DNA of 64,000 nucleotides from assembly GCA_963749915.1 (NCBI GenBank), contig CAVVOP010000008.1, positions 288,001 through 352,000 on the forward strand, given 5' to 3'. The notes beneath the pieces are model-generated. The model was not told where the DNA came from. It ran no database searches and saw only the letters and a program-made list of their open reading frames with translations. Source of the DNA: an uncultured cyanobacterium. GTDB taxonomy: Bacteria > Cyanobacteriota > Cyanobacteriia > Cyanobacteriales > Cyanobacteriaceae. A program made the position numbers and the translations under genes. Position 1 is the first letter of the stretch, and every line of letters starts with the position of its first letter. Below are positions 51,152 to 62,157 of this stretch, in pieces.

Positions 51152-53044
51152 TTAATAAACTGATGACCAGTAGTTGATAATATTTTCCCATTGGCCACTT
51201 AAAATTGACCACATTAATAAACTGACGCCGATGATAATAGTTAGAATATAAAATTGTGATTGTCCAGAGGTGTTATATTTAAGGGCACTACCGCTAAAAA
51301 CCGTTGCTAAACTCACAAGGTTAACTACTCCATCAATAATATAACGATCGCACCAATTAGTAAATTTGGCTAAATTAGAGACAAAAGCCACCACCGTAAA
51401 CTGGTAGATTTTATCAAGGTAAAAATCGTAGGCTAAAAGATCCTGAATAACACGAATAGACTTTTGTACAGGACGATTCCATGCTCTTCTTAAAGGAATA
51501 AAAGCACCAATTAAGCAACCAACCGCCCCAGAAGCCATAATTAACGGTAATCCATAATTAGCGACGGCAGTAGTATTATTAATGATGGGGGTAAGAGAAC
51601 TTAGCCACAGAGAATAATTTAAGGGTAAAAAAGGAGCACTTAAAGTAATGATAGTCAGTGCCACCATGGGTACAGCCATTTGCCAAGGTACTTCGGGGGC
51701 GCGACGACTTTTTTGTTGTGGTTTGCCGAGAAAAACTAAACGAAAAACTCTCATAAAATTCACGGCATTGACGAAATTAACTATTAATAAAATAGTCAAT
51801 AACCACCAAGTAACCCCTAAGTTACCATTAAACCAACGACTAAAAGTCATTAACATTCCCAAAGGTAATAACGCCACAATTCCTGCACTGCCTGTCATAT
51901 AGGCGACAGTAGTTGCCGGCATTTTTGACCAAAGTCCCCCCAATTCGGTAATATTTTGAACAGTAGTTGTTAAAATGGTGGAACCAGCACTCATGAATAA
52001 TAAAGCCTTTGCTACCCCATGAGTGAATAATATCAGGAAGGCAATATCTACATGACCCAAACCCACAGCGATAAAGACTAAGCCTAAATAGGCACTGGTA
52101 GAATGGCATAAAGTACGTTTGAGATCAATTTGTGCTAAGGCAATTAATGAACCACCGATGGCGGTAATTGCACCAATGACAATTAAAGTATCTGCCACCA
52201 CAGGGGATAAGCGAAAAACAGGCTCTAATTTTATTAGTACATAAGCACCAGCAGAAACTACGATTGAATTACGCATAATACTAGCTGGACTAGGTCCTTC
52301 CATCCCCTCATCAAGCCAGAGATTTAGAGGGAATTGAGCACATTTGCCGATAGGTCCTGCAATTAAGGCTAAACCGATTAAAGTTGTCGTAAAAATCGTT
52401 AAAGGGGCAGTTTCTGCCCAAGTTTGGAGTTGTGAAAAACTCAATCCAGCACCGTCACTAGAAAGTGCCACAATACCCATAAGTAAGAGAATGTCTCCCA
52501 CTCGTTTTGTTAAAAAAGCATCCCTAGCAGCGGTGACAACTAACGGTTGTGCATACCAGAAACCCACTAATAAATAAGTAGACAGGGTGAGTAATTCTAA
52601 TAAACCATAACTGAGTAACAGAGAGTCACTTAAAGCAATGCCCCCCAAAGCACCCTCAAAAAAGCCCATTAGGCCAAAAAACCGAGCTAATGCCCAATCT
52701 TTTTCCATGTAGCCTAATGCAAATACTTGGGCGAGAAGACTAATGCCTGTTACTAATTGTAATGCTCCGGCACTAACAGGAGAAATTTCGATAGTGAAAG
52801 ATAAATCTAATTCGGCAATGCTAAACCAGTGAAAAACGAGACTTTGAGTAGGTTTTTGCCAAATATGGCTATAAACGATACTATCATGGATAAAAGATAG
52901 TAATGTCATAAAAATATTTATATAAGCGGCTGGTCGTGGCCCTGTTCTACGAATAAAACCTAACGCCCAAGGCAGACTAAAAATAGCCCCTAATAAACCA
53001 TAGAAGGGTATTAACCAAATATACTGTACTAAAAAATCTATCAT
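51152..53044 (-). CDS. ndhF4: NDH-1 subunit NdhF4
   Basis: LPW.LG.IRRTGPRPAAY N-terminus (F4-type); GKCAQFPL.LWLDE.MEGP motif. Confidence 0.85.
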   Translation of the reverse strand: MIDFLVQYIWLIPFYGLLGAIFSLPWALGFIRRTGPRPAAYINIFMTLLSFIHDSIVYSHIWQKPTQSLVFHWFSIAELDLSFTIEISPVSAGALQLVTGISLLAQVFALGYMEKDWALARFFGLMGFFEGALGGIALSDSLLLSYGLLELLTLSTYLLVGFWYAQPLVVTAARDAFLTKRVGDILLLMGIVALSSDGAGLSFSQLQTWAETAPLTIFTTTLIGLALIAGPIGKCAQFPLNLWLDEGMEGPSPASIMRNSIVVSAGAYVLIKLEPVFRLSPVVADTLIVIGAITAIGGSLIALAQIDLKRTLCHSTSAYLGLVFIAVGLGHVDIAFLILFTHGVAKALLFMSAGSTILTTTVQNITELGGLWSKMPATTVAYMTGSAGIVALLPLGMLMTFSRWFNGNLGVTWWLLTILLIVNFVNAVNFMRVFRLVFLGKPQQKSRRAPEVPWQMAVPMVALTIITLSAPFLPLNYSLWLSSLTPIINNTTAVANYGLPLIMASGAVGCLIGAFIPLRRAWNRPVQKSIRVIQDLLAYDFYLDKIYQFTVVAFVSNLAKFTNWCDRYIIDGVVNLVSLATVFSGSALKYNTSGQSQFYILTIIIGVSLLMWSILSGQWENIINYWSSVY

Positions 53045-53196
53045 TCCTTCTTTTTAAGATATCGATCCTCAAAACATAATGGATCAATCTTATAGCAATC
53101 TGTTAACCGATCGTAGGATTCTCTATAAAAGATCCTAATATAGCGATCTAAAGACTAACTAAAAACCGAGGTAAAAATTTCCTTAATTAATATTTT

Positions 53197-53898
53197 TTAC
53201 ACTAAATGACGGTAAACATTAATAGGAATTCCCGTGCGTTTTTTTACATCTAATAAAGACTGATATTGTCCTTTTCGTTTTCTTTCTAAAACAATTTTTA
53301 TAGCACTTTTTTCATCAATACTATGACCCATCAATTCTTCCACAGAAAGAGTATTTAATCTACGCCAAGAAACATCAAATTCTTTTCGTAAATCATAGCC
53401 AAAAACTATTAGAGGTTCAATACGTCTTAAAACATTTTCGGGAATACCCACCACATCTGATAACTCATCAATATCGGTAAAAATATAGCCCTCACGTCTT
53501 AAAGAATCAATATCATTAGCATAAATAATGGATAAACCTAATTGATAAACTATATCATCTTTGGAACAATTATTAATATCAACTTGTCCTCGGTTTTCTG
53601 CCATTAATTGTGCTATTTTTGTAGAAGGAATTAAGACTCCTTTTGGTGCTGTTTTTATTAGATAATTTGGTTTAATTTTAAAGGCAATAAAAATTTGACT
53701 AATCCAGATTAAATATACTGATGAGGGTATTAATGATGATAAAAGAATAGAACCCAATGTTAATCCCCCGCCGATAAATAACCATGAATTTGTTTTTGCT
53801 TTCCATCCGGCATAAACGAGAGAAATTCCTCCAAAAATTGGCAAAAACGACCACCATAGCCATTGTGGATTTTTGTCAAACCAGTTATTATTAGACAC
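53197..53898 (-). CDS. Membrane-anchored helix-hairpin-helix (ComEA-like) DNA-binding protein
   Basis: N-terminal TM helices; VDINNCS..D....LGL and a second HhH-like LN..S.EEL...I...R...G.Y.SL. Confidence 0.7.
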   Translation of the reverse strand: MSNNNWFDKNPQWLWWSFLPIFGGISLVYAGWKAKTNSWLFIGGGLTLGSILLSSLIPSSVYLIWISQIFIAFKIKPNYLIKTAPKGVLIPSTKIAQLMAENRGQVDINNCSKDDIVYQLGLSIIYANDIDSLRREGYIFTDIDELSDVVGIPENVLRRIEPLIVFGYDLRKEFDVSWRRLNTLSVEELMGHSIDEKSAIKIVLERKRKGQYQSLLDVKKRTGIPINVYRHLV

Positions 53899-53924
53899 AG
53901 TTAATTATTTTTTTCATCTATAGT

Positions 53925-54263
53925 TTATAGTTTATCTAACAATTTTCTTCTTTTTGATTCATATTCTTCTGCGGTTATAATACCTTGATCGTAAAGTTTT
54001 TTTAGTTCAGTTAAAGCAGTAATACTGTTTGTTGGAAAAGAAATAACATTATTACTATTATTATATTGTGCATTAAAAGCCTGATCTGACATTAATACTA
54101 AACCAAGAAAATCAAAAATTGCTAATAAAGCCGGAATAAAAGTCCAACTAAAGATTAGATACATAAGTCCTGCAAAATTATGACCTAAATAAAATTTATG
54201 AATGCCGAAAGCACCAAAAAAGAAAGTTAAAATTATCGCTACTACTTTATTTTTTAATTCCAT
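53925..54263 (-). CDS. TM2 (NINE) domain + SHOCT domain protein
   Basis: KNKVVAIIL.FF.G.FGIHKFYLG; C-terminal L.ELKKLYDQGIITAEEYE.KR.KLL. Confidence 0.88.
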   Translation of the reverse strand: MELKNKVVAIILTFFFGAFGIHKFYLGHNFAGLMYLIFSWTFIPALLAIFDFLGLVLMSDQAFNAQYNNSNNVISFPTNSITALTELKKLYDQGIITAEEYESKRRKLLDKL

Positions 54264-54331
54264 GTTTTTTATTTATTCAATTATCTCAGAATTAGGGTGA
54301 TATAAAAATTTTTATTCATATATTTTAAAAA

Positions 54332-54580
54332 TTATTCACTAGTAAATCGACAGTTTTTATTTTTATATTTTCTCAATTTTAAGAAAATGGAGTATGAACC
54401 AATTATAGCCGTTTGGATTTCTAATATTATTAGATAATGTCCAATAAAATAATTGACTTCTATCAAGGAATTCAAGGAAAAAACCAACAACCCCAGCACA
54501 AGGAAGGGGATTAATTGCCACTGGCGATAAGATGATAATAATGATAGATGGTTTGATGATTTAATGATTTTCATAATCAA
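54332..54580 (-). CDS. Small hypothetical membrane protein
   Basis: 82 aa with two hydrophobic segments; co-oriented upstream of the TM2 gene. Confidence 0.4.
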   Translation of the reverse strand: MIMKIIKSSNHLSLLSSYRQWQLIPFLVLGLLVFSLNSLIEVNYFIGHYLIILEIQTAIIGSYSIFLKLRKYKNKNCRFTSE

Positions 54581-54962
54581 TTTATGATGTTGATGTTTTT
54601 TTGGCGTTGCTGATGTGATGTATGAGATAAAATAATTAAGATAACAAGATTGATTATATCCTTTGCGTCCTTGGCAGATACTTATTCCGACATTGACTTA
54701 GCAACCTTATCTATCATTATATTGTAATTAAAATGTTAACAACAACCCACTCAACTTGTAAAGATTTATGAAGTCTTCTCAAAAATTTCTTATGGATAAA
54801 TTAAGTCTGTTTTCACTTAAGTGTTGTTTTCCGAATATATATATTTTCAAATTTAAGGAGAGAATTATATAATTATCAGTGTGGGTTAAATATATTTTTT
54901 CTTTAACTGACAAAATTAACTATTTATTATTCTAATTTATCTTAATTATTAAGCTCAAAATT

Positions 54963-55835
54963 ATGGCAAAAAGTTATTTTATTAGTAGTAGTCAAGACTT
55001 AGAAAAAGTTTATAAAGCAACCATCTTATGGTTTAAAGGTAAACAATATGAGGTAGAAGGAACGAAAAAACAAGACGTTTATTTAATTCAAGCTAGAAAA
55101 ACAGGCACAATTAGAACTTTGTTAGGCACAAATTTGGCCTTTAAAATTCAGATTTATTTTTCTCAAGATAGTCTGATTAATAATAAAGAATTTATTGTCG
55201 AAGTTAGCAGAGGAAAATGGATTCAAAATATTGCAGGTGCAGGTTTTGCCGGTTTATTTACTGGTGGATTAACGGTTTTAACCGGCATTGCTGGTGCGGG
55301 TTGGGGATTAGTCTTAGAAAATGAGTTAATTTCTTATCTGGAAAATGATCTTAATTTTAAACGAGTGACTACAGATATTCCTAACACTAATACTAATAGG
55401 AATAATCAAGATATTTTGTCGATTAATAATAACTCCCCTTCAATGAATGTGGTGAAAAATACAGATCAAAAACGTATTGTAGAAGAACTGGAAGCCGAAA
55501 TTAATAAGCTAGAAATTGCTTTTACAGATGAAATTTTAACGGAAGCTGAATTTACGAGAAAAAGGGCTATTTTGGAAAAAAAAATTGATGATTATGAGGT
55601 TAATTTCGTCATTGAAGAAAAAATTGCTAAATTACAAGATGCTTTTTCTCAAGGGATCTTAGATCAACTTGAATATGAAGAAAAAGTTAATGAGTTAGAA
55701 GCTAATATGAGAGAAAAAATTTTACAAGAAAGACATTTACAAAGAAATAAAACAAAAATTATTAAGTTAAAAGAGGCTTTAAATAATGGGGTTATCACCA
55801 AAGAAGAATATCAACGAAAAATTTCTAATTTGTAA
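54963..55835 (+). CDS. Protein with Gly-rich hydrophobic hairpin and three SHOCT-like repeats
   Basis: AGAGFAGLFTGGLTVLTGIAGAGWG; repeats KL..AF...IL...E(F/Y)..K and KLKEAL.NGVITKEEY.RK. Confidence 0.7.
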   Translation: MAKSYFISSSQDLEKVYKATILWFKGKQYEVEGTKKQDVYLIQARKTGTIRTLLGTNLAFKIQIYFSQDSLINNKEFIVEVSRGKWIQNIAGAGFAGLFTGGLTVLTGIAGAGWGLVLENELISYLENDLNFKRVTTDIPNTNTNRNNQDILSINNNSPSMNVVKNTDQKRIVEELEAEINKLEIAFTDEILTEAEFTRKRAILEKKIDDYEVNFVIEEKIAKLQDAFSQGILDQLEYEEKVNELEANMREKILQERHLQRNKTKIIKLKEALNNGVITKEEYQRKISNL

Positions 55836-55885
55836 AAATAAATCTCTTAGGTCTGTAGTCAGGAGTGTGGGAGATGTCTATTTAT

Positions 55886-56479
55886 TTACCATCCCGTAAT
55901 AGCGGGGGTATCGAGTAAGGTTTGATTGTGATTCTGTGTTGATGAAGTTAGATTATCTTCCGCTTCCCTGACCTCAATACAAAAAGTTGCCGTATTAAAA
56001 CCGCCAAAACGTTGTACGGTGCTGGTTCTCATGCGAATGTCGTCCGTTACAAACCAAAATCGCTCATGGATAGTCATAGTTTCATACTCGGTGGTTAAGA
56101 TTAAGGCATCTTCATGGTCTAAATAATACTCTCCCGCTACTGGCACTATTTCCGCATAGCCTCTTTCTCTCAATAATCTTCCTTGTCGAGGATTGTCGGC
56201 AGTAGGAATTAAAGCAAAAACTGTCTCACCTTTATGATCTTCATTTTCTTTGTCCCATTGCATTGCACCATCCCATGTGACATAAGAACCCCCAACAGAT
56301 AATTCTGGCTCAAAGGAGTGCATTTGACAAATTTTCACTATTTTCGGATCATCTTTGCTCAATGTCTTTACTTTAATCTGTGATCCTCCCGTTTCCGCTC
56401 TTCTAAAGGGTAAGTGATGGGTTGTACGTTGCGATCTCCATTTTCCGGCACTATTTTGAAAAAAGGTTAAACCATCCAT
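55886..56479 (-). CDS. cpcS: Phycobiliprotein lyase CpcS/CpeS family
   Basis: FFQ.SAGKWRSQRTTHHLPFRRAE, LLRERGYAE, ERFWF and ATFC.E.R motifs. Confidence 0.88.
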   Translation of the reverse strand: MDGLTFFQNSAGKWRSQRTTHHLPFRRAETGGSQIKVKTLSKDDPKIVKICQMHSFEPELSVGGSYVTWDGAMQWDKENEDHKGETVFALIPTADNPRQGRLLRERGYAEIVPVAGEYYLDHEDALILTTEYETMTIHERFWFVTDDIRMRTSTVQRFGGFNTATFCIEVREAEDNLTSSTQNHNQTLLDTPAITGW

Positions 56480-56727
56480 AGAATATATTTAAAAAGTTTT
56501 GATATCTGTAAGTTATCTTACCATGATTTATGACGCGAACGCTGGGTAAATTAAATAGTATATTAGTTCTGTATTACTGACCTGCACCCCTGCAAAATAT
56601 AGGTTATATCCTCCAAAGAAAAAGTTTAGGACTACCAGTATTTTTTTCAGAGCATCAGTGTTATTATTAAGCGGATATATGCTATCGAGTAAATATCTTT
56701 ACTAATTAATTCTATTGATTTAGCAAA

Positions 56728-57390
56728 ATGTTCAAAAAAATACCTCAAATCTTTCTTGCCGGAGTGACATCTTTGACCTTTATTTCCAGTGCTATAGCAC
56801 AAACATTTACTGATGTTAAAGGGGATGTTTATGAAACGGAAATAGAAAAAGCGACGGAATTAAAAATAATTGCCGGTTTTCCCGATCAGACTTTTCGTCC
56901 TAATCTTCCTGTTACCAGAGAACAGGCCGTTTCCATGATTATTGACGCATTAGAAACATTGACAGACCTCGATTTAAAGGAAAAACCCATAAGGACCGTA
57001 CGTCCTTATTTAGATGTGGACAAAGATCGTTGGAGCTACGATAAAATTACATGGTTTCAGTGGAACATTCAACCTGAAGGTTCATTTACGGGGAATTTCC
57101 GTCCAGATCAATACGTCACGAGATCGGAACTGGTTGACTTCCTAAGAAGATCCTCTGAATTTTTACAGGTTAAGATGGGCAAATCTTCTTTTTTAACCCC
57201 CACCACTGAAGAGATAACATTTTCCGATGTTTCAGGTTATGAGTTACAGTTAACCCGTCAAATGTCTGCATATTGTAAGATTGCCTCTCCCCTAAATGAG
57301 AAGGGAACTGAATTTGCACCTACTCAAGTTGCCAACAGAAATTATACTGCTGCAGCTATTGTCAGAATGCTGGATTGTCTAAAGAAATAA
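56728..57390 (+). CDS. S-layer homology (SLH) domain protein
   Basis: Signal peptide; FTDV...IAGFPDQTFRP..PVTREQ, FRPDQYVTRSE and FAP...ANR repeats. Confidence 0.85.
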   Translation: MFKKIPQIFLAGVTSLTFISSAIAQTFTDVKGDVYETEIEKATELKIIAGFPDQTFRPNLPVTREQAVSMIIDALETLTDLDLKEKPIRTVRPYLDVDKDRWSYDKITWFQWNIQPEGSFTGNFRPDQYVTRSELVDFLRRSSEFLQVKMGKSSFLTPTTEEITFSDVSGYELQLTRQMSAYCKIASPLNEKGTEFAPTQVANRNYTAAAIVRMLDCLKK

Positions 57391-57415
57391 TATATATTTA
57401 TTCAATTAAGTGGTT

Positions 57416-57503
57416 ATACCAAGTTGCGTACTGATTCTGTAACGTTCAATTTCGCTCAAGTCAAGTTGTTCGGTGAGTAAGGATTTTGGACACAACTTGG
57501 TAT
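57416..57503. mobile_element. Small MITE-like element (88 bp)
   Basis: Terminal IRs ATACCAAGTTGCGT / ACACAACTTGGTAT in a convergent intergenic gap. Confidence 0.6.
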
Positions 57504-57524
57504 TACAATCAAATTTGGTATTCA

Positions 57525-58655
57525 TCATGGTGATGGAGGGGAATTTAACTTAACTAAAGACTGTAAAAAAATCAAGCCACTATAGAGCTGAAAAGCATTA
57601 TCCCAGATATTTTCTTCTCGGTGAAAAAGGTTAATATGAGCCTTAACTTGTTTTAACATTTCAGGAAATTGCGTCACTCCTTCACCAAATAAAGTAAAAT
57701 CTGACCACAAAGGTTTATTAGGAATTTTATCAGCAAAAAACCTCACTAAAATTTGCCATTTTTCCTTTGACGTTTTTTCTTCTGTTGTGATACTGAAACC
57801 TTGCTCAAAGTTATAAAAATTATCACTAAATCTGAGAATTAAATTCTGAGACATTAAATGCAAATCGTAACATTGTGCATAGTCAAGGGTAGATTTTTTT
57901 TTCTGAGGTTTCCCTCTGGCATCCAAATGTAACGTTAACTCAAAAATAGGAATTAAACCCTGTACTTTATTATTAATATCGTCCCATTTAAAGATAATTT
58001 CTTTTTCTTTTTCTGTGTCATCTTCTGCCATAATGATAACTTCTTCATCATCCTGAATGATATACTTTACTTGATAAACCTGCATTTGATTGACATCTTT
58101 AATAGGATGACAAAAACAAGAAATATTTGCTTGAGAAAACTCCGATTGCCAATAATTTAATTCGCCTAAATTACCAGTTTTATATAGCCGCCAACTACGA
58201 GTTGGAATTTGTAAAGTAGCAGTATAATTATCGATGTCCAAAATTTTGGCTAACTTCGGGGCTAATATTTTTTTCTCATCTATGGTTACAGGTTCTAAAA
58301 TTAAGACAGCTAAATCTTCATTATTTTCCATAGTTTTAAACTTTTTAAGTTTTAGCTCTTTGTCTTGCTTTTTTTGTTTATCTTCTTCCTCTTTTTTCTC
58401 TTTATTTATTAAAACTATTCTTTCGATGCCATCACGAATTAGTTTAATTAATTTAGGTTCTGGAAATATAGTATCCTGAACTATCTGCCTATAATTTATT
58501 TCTGCTTGAGTAAAATTACCCTCTTTTTCAATAATTAATGTTTGATAATATTTGATCCATAAATTGTCGTGATCTTTCATCACTAACTGATTTAAAAGCT
58601 CTCGAGCCTGAGCATAATTTTTGTTATCAATGGCTAGGTTTACTTCTTCAAACAT
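57525..58655 (-). CDS. Conserved hypothetical protein with N-terminal TPR-like region
   Basis: TPR-like helices, then LQIP.RSWRLY..G and C-terminal WDNAFQLYSGL.F. Confidence 0.65.
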   Translation of the reverse strand: MFEEVNLAIDNKNYAQARELLNQLVMKDHDNLWIKYYQTLIIEKEGNFTQAEINYRQIVQDTIFPEPKLIKLIRDGIERIVLINKEKKEEEDKQKKQDKELKLKKFKTMENNEDLAVLILEPVTIDEKKILAPKLAKILDIDNYTATLQIPTRSWRLYKTGNLGELNYWQSEFSQANISCFCHPIKDVNQMQVYQVKYIIQDDEEVIIMAEDDTEKEKEIIFKWDDINNKVQGLIPIFELTLHLDARGKPQKKKSTLDYAQCYDLHLMSQNLILRFSDNFYNFEQGFSITTEEKTSKEKWQILVRFFADKIPNKPLWSDFTLFGEGVTQFPEMLKQVKAHINLFHREENIWDNAFQLYSGLIFLQSLVKLNSPPSP

Positions 58656-58696
58656 TTTGGATAATTAATAGTTAATTAATAGTTAATTAATAGTTA

Positions 58697-59425
58697 TTAC
58701 TTATTACTTATTTCACCAACGGCAGCAATCAAAGACATAGCCATAATTGGTGCGGTAATAGACCTCAAAATTCTTTTTCCTAAAGACACTTCTTGAAAAT
58801 TACAGTTGATCGCCTTTTGAATTTCATCGGTAGTCCAACCCCCTTCGCAACCAGTAGCGATCACAATTTGGGAGGGTGAGTTAGATAAATCCCTCCTCAA
58901 AAAATCCAGTAAATGAGGTGCAGAAGTACGAGCTACTGCGATATACTTACGAATATTAATGTTCCTCACGGTGGTTAAAGCCTCAAAAATAGATAAAGGT
59001 TGGGCAATATAAGGGACTATTTGTCTTTCTGATTGCTCCGCAGATTCTACGGCTATTTTACGCCATCTTTCTAACTTATTTTCACTGGGTTTTAATAAAG
59101 TGCGATCGCTGATTACCGGTTGCAACTGATTAACACCCAATTCCGTGGTGCAACGAACAATATCTTCAAAACCCTTACCTTTAGGTAATGCCACCATCAA
59201 AGTGACACAAGAAAGCAACTCCCGATTTTCTTCAAGAGAACCAATAATTTTACCACCGTGAGGGGTTAATTTTACCAGCCAACAGTTACCTTTACCATCC
59301 ATAGCGATGAAATTTTGCTCATTATTCAATCTAACCACCCGACGCAAATAATGTTCTTGCTCTGAAAAAAGGTTAATCAGAGTATCCTGTTTTTGACTGG
59401 TATTAATAACTAAACGATATAACAA
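58697..59425 (-). CDS. rsmE: 16S rRNA m3U1498 methyltransferase
   Basis: HYLRRVVRL, TELGV, E.AEQSER, G.EGGW...E and LG.RILR..TA motifs. Confidence 0.92.
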   Translation of the reverse strand: MLYRLVINTSQKQDTLINLFSEQEHYLRRVVRLNNEQNFIAMDGKGNCWLVKLTPHGGKIIGSLEENRELLSCVTLMVALPKGKGFEDIVRCTTELGVNQLQPVISDRTLLKPSENKLERWRKIAVESAEQSERQIVPYIAQPLSIFEALTTVRNINIRKYIAVARTSAPHLLDFLRRDLSNSPSQIVIATGCEGGWTTDEIQKAINCNFQEVSLGKRILRSITAPIMAMSLIAAVGEISNK

Positions 59426-59599
59426 ACTAATTAAAATATGGGCTAATTTGATTGATTTTTTACTGTGAAGGTATTTTACCCAAAGTTTTCCCGAAAAATA
59501 TCATCTTGACCACGATTGTTAACTTTTACTTGGCAATCTTTACAAAACTTAATATAATAGTCTAAGAATCACTAAGTATAAATTACTATTAGTCTGGTC

Positions 59600-61183
59600 A
59601 TGATTAGTTTAGAATTTCCTTGGCTTACAGCAATCATTCTCTTTCCCTTAATAAGTGCCCTTGCTATCCCCCTAATTCCCAATAAATATGGGAAAAACGT
59701 GAGAAATTATGCCCTTATCGTTGCTTTAACTAACTTTTCTTTAACTATTTACGCTTTTTGGCAAAATTACACCATCAGCAGTGCCGATTTTCAATTACAA
59801 GAATCCTATGGTTGGCTTCCTCAAATTGGCTTAAATTGGGCAGTAGGAGTTGATGGTTTATCCATGCCTCTAATTATCTTATCAGGGTTTATCTCTACCC
59901 TGGCTATCCTTGCATCATGGCAAGTGCAACAGAAATCAAAATTGTATTTTTTCCTATTATTAGTTTTATCTAGTGCTCAAATCGGTGTTTTCGTTGCCCA
60001 AGATTTATTATTGTTCTTCATCATGTGGGAATTGGAATTGGTTCCCGTTTATTTACTAATATCCATCTGGGGTGGAAAAAAACGCCTCTACGCCGCCACA
60101 AAATTTATTCTTTATACTGCGTTAGCCTCGATTTTTATCCTCGTTGCTGGTTTGGCTATGGCATTTTACGGGGATAACTTCACCTTAAACATAGCAGAAT
60201 TGGGCATCAAAAACTATCCCATCGCCTTGGAAGTTTTCGCCTATGTGGGATTTTTGATCGCCTTCGGTGTCAAATTGCCTATTTTCCCATTGCATACCTG
60301 GCTGCCAGATGCCCATAGCGAAGCCTCAGCGCCCGTTTCGATGATTTTAGCGGGGGTTTTGTTGAAAATGGGAGGTTATGGCTTGATCCGCTTTAATATG
60401 GAGCTTTTACCCGATGCCCATATAAAGTTCGCACCCTTACTCATAACTCTGGGAGTAATTAATATAGTTTACGGTGCATTTACCGCCTTTGGACAAACTA
60501 ATCTTAAACGTCGTCTGGCTTCTTCCTCCATTTCTCACATGGGATTTGTGTTAGTGGGTATTGCTTCCTTTACCGACTTAGGCTTAAATGGGGCAATGCT
60601 ACAGATGTTGTCCCATGGTTTAATTGCCGCCGCTTTATTCTTCTTGTCTGGTGTTACCTACGAAAGAACTCATACCTTGATGATGGATGAAATGGGAGGC
60701 ATGGCGAAAATCATGCCGAAAACCTTTGCTTTATTCACCGCCGCCTCCATGGCTTCTTTAGCTTTACCTGCCATGAGTGGCTTTGTCAGTGAGTTAACGA
60801 TTTTCTTAGGGATTGTCCAAAGTGATGCTTATAGTTCAACTTTTAAAGTTGTTATCGAATTATTAGCCGGAGTTGGCTTAATTTTAACGCCCATTTATTT
60901 ACTCTCCATGTTAAGGGTCGTTTTCTACGGTAAACAAGAAGCCTGTTTAAAATTAGAAGGCTTTAATCTTGATGCCAAACCCCGTGAAATTTTCATTACG
61001 GCTTGTTTAATTTTACCTATTATCGCCATCGGTTTATATCCGAAATTGGCCATGGATAGTTATGATCTTAAAACAGTGGAAGTCGCTAGTAAAGTTCGAT
61101 CATCTTTTGAAATTATCGTATCTAAATCTCAGGATAATTTTCCATCCAACTTAATCATTGCAGATTCTGATTTGAATGATTAA
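59600..61183 (+). CDS. ndhD2: NDH-1 subunit NdhD (NdhD2-like clade)
   Basis: NuoM-like: [44 protein letters not shown]. Paralog number inferred from the SAPVSM motif. Confidence 0.72.
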   Translation: MISLEFPWLTAIILFPLISALAIPLIPNKYGKNVRNYALIVALTNFSLTIYAFWQNYTISSADFQLQESYGWLPQIGLNWAVGVDGLSMPLIILSGFISTLAILASWQVQQKSKLYFFLLLVLSSAQIGVFVAQDLLLFFIMWELELVPVYLLISIWGGKKRLYAATKFILYTALASIFILVAGLAMAFYGDNFTLNIAELGIKNYPIALEVFAYVGFLIAFGVKLPIFPLHTWLPDAHSEASAPVSMILAGVLLKMGGYGLIRFNMELLPDAHIKFAPLLITLGVINIVYGAFTAFGQTNLKRRLASSSISHMGFVLVGIASFTDLGLNGAMLQMLSHGLIAAALFFLSGVTYERTHTLMMDEMGGMAKIMPKTFALFTAASMASLALPAMSGFVSELTIFLGIVQSDAYSSTFKVVIELLAGVGLILTPIYLLSMLRVVFYGKQEACLKLEGFNLDAKPREIFITACLILPIIAIGLYPKLAMDSYDLKTVEVASKVRSSFEIIVSKSQDNFPSNLIIADSDLND

Positions 61184-61317
61184 TCATCCACGGTAGAGTC
61201 CCAATAATGTTCGGTTAAGGAAATATAATTGTCGGTGAAGGCAGAAGGTAATAGACTCGTGAAAATTCTAGGTATGGGTTAATAATATATATTAACCCTC
61301 CTCAATTTATTTATTGT

Positions 61318-62019
61318 TTAATTAAAGTGAAATAATAAAAACTCAGTGTTTTCTTGACATGATTTTAAAGTTAGTTTATTTTCTTCTTTAATTGCCATCC
61401 CATCACCAGCTTTTAACATTTTGTCGTTGACATTTAATTCTCCTTTAACTAACTGAATCCAACCGTAATCCTTATCTTTTAATTCATATTTGATTTGTTG
61501 CCCATTGTCTAATATTGATCCAAAGAAATCTAAGTTTTGATGAATTTTTAACGAGTTTTCTCTACCATCACGGGAAGCTAATAAGCAAAGTTTACTCTGT
61601 TTTTCTTCTTGAGAAAATGATTTTTGTTCATAACTGGGGGTTAAATCTTTTGTGTCTGGGGTAATCCAAATTTGCAATAAATGCACTGGTTCTCTACGGG
61701 AATGATTATATTCACTATGTCGGACACCAGTACCGGCAGTCATTCTTTGCACTTCTCCTTGAGGAATCGTCGCTGTATTACCAATACTATCTTGATGTTC
61801 TAACTCACCTTCTATGACATAGGTAACAATTTCCATATCTCTATGTCCATGAGTACCAAAACCCTGACCGGGTGCAATAATATCTTCATTAATAACTAAT
61901 AAATTCCCAAAACCCATATATTTAGGGTCGTAATAATTACCAAAAGAGAAAGTATGTTTTGTGTCTAACCAACCAAAGTTAAAGTTTCCTCTTTCTACGG
62001 ATGGGCGAATTGTAATCAT
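61318..62019 (-). CDS. Pirin family protein
   Basis: GWL.T.HTFSF..YYDP, GFGTHGHRDMEIVTY, MTAGTGVRHSE and LLQIWI motifs. Confidence 0.93.
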   Translation of the reverse strand: MITIRPSVERGNFNFGWLDTKHTFSFGNYYDPKYMGFGNLLVINEDIIAPGQGFGTHGHRDMEIVTYVIEGELEHQDSIGNTATIPQGEVQRMTAGTGVRHSEYNHSRREPVHLLQIWITPDTKDLTPSYEQKSFSQEEKQSKLCLLASRDGRENSLKIHQNLDFFGSILDNGQQIKYELKDKDYGWIQLVKGELNVNDKMLKAGDGMAIKEENKLTLKSCQENTEFLLFHFN

Positions 62020-62157
62020 TTTCTTTTCCTCTCATTTGATGATATTTTTAACTATAACAATCTAATATAAAAGAAGCATTAAAGTTTTATCTACTTTTTC
62101 TATTTCTTTTTTCTTTTAATCATCAACTAAAACAATAATTATTGTATTATTAAGACT

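Noticed and set aside
49568..53044. ndhF4-ndhD4 without cupB
   Set aside because: cupB is often unlinked in unicellular cyanobacteria, so absence from this window is uninformative.
54603..54709. Possible degenerate MITE (GGCGTTGCTGA ... TTAGCAACC)
   Set aside because: The inverted ends are too short and degenerate, and there is no second copy in the window.
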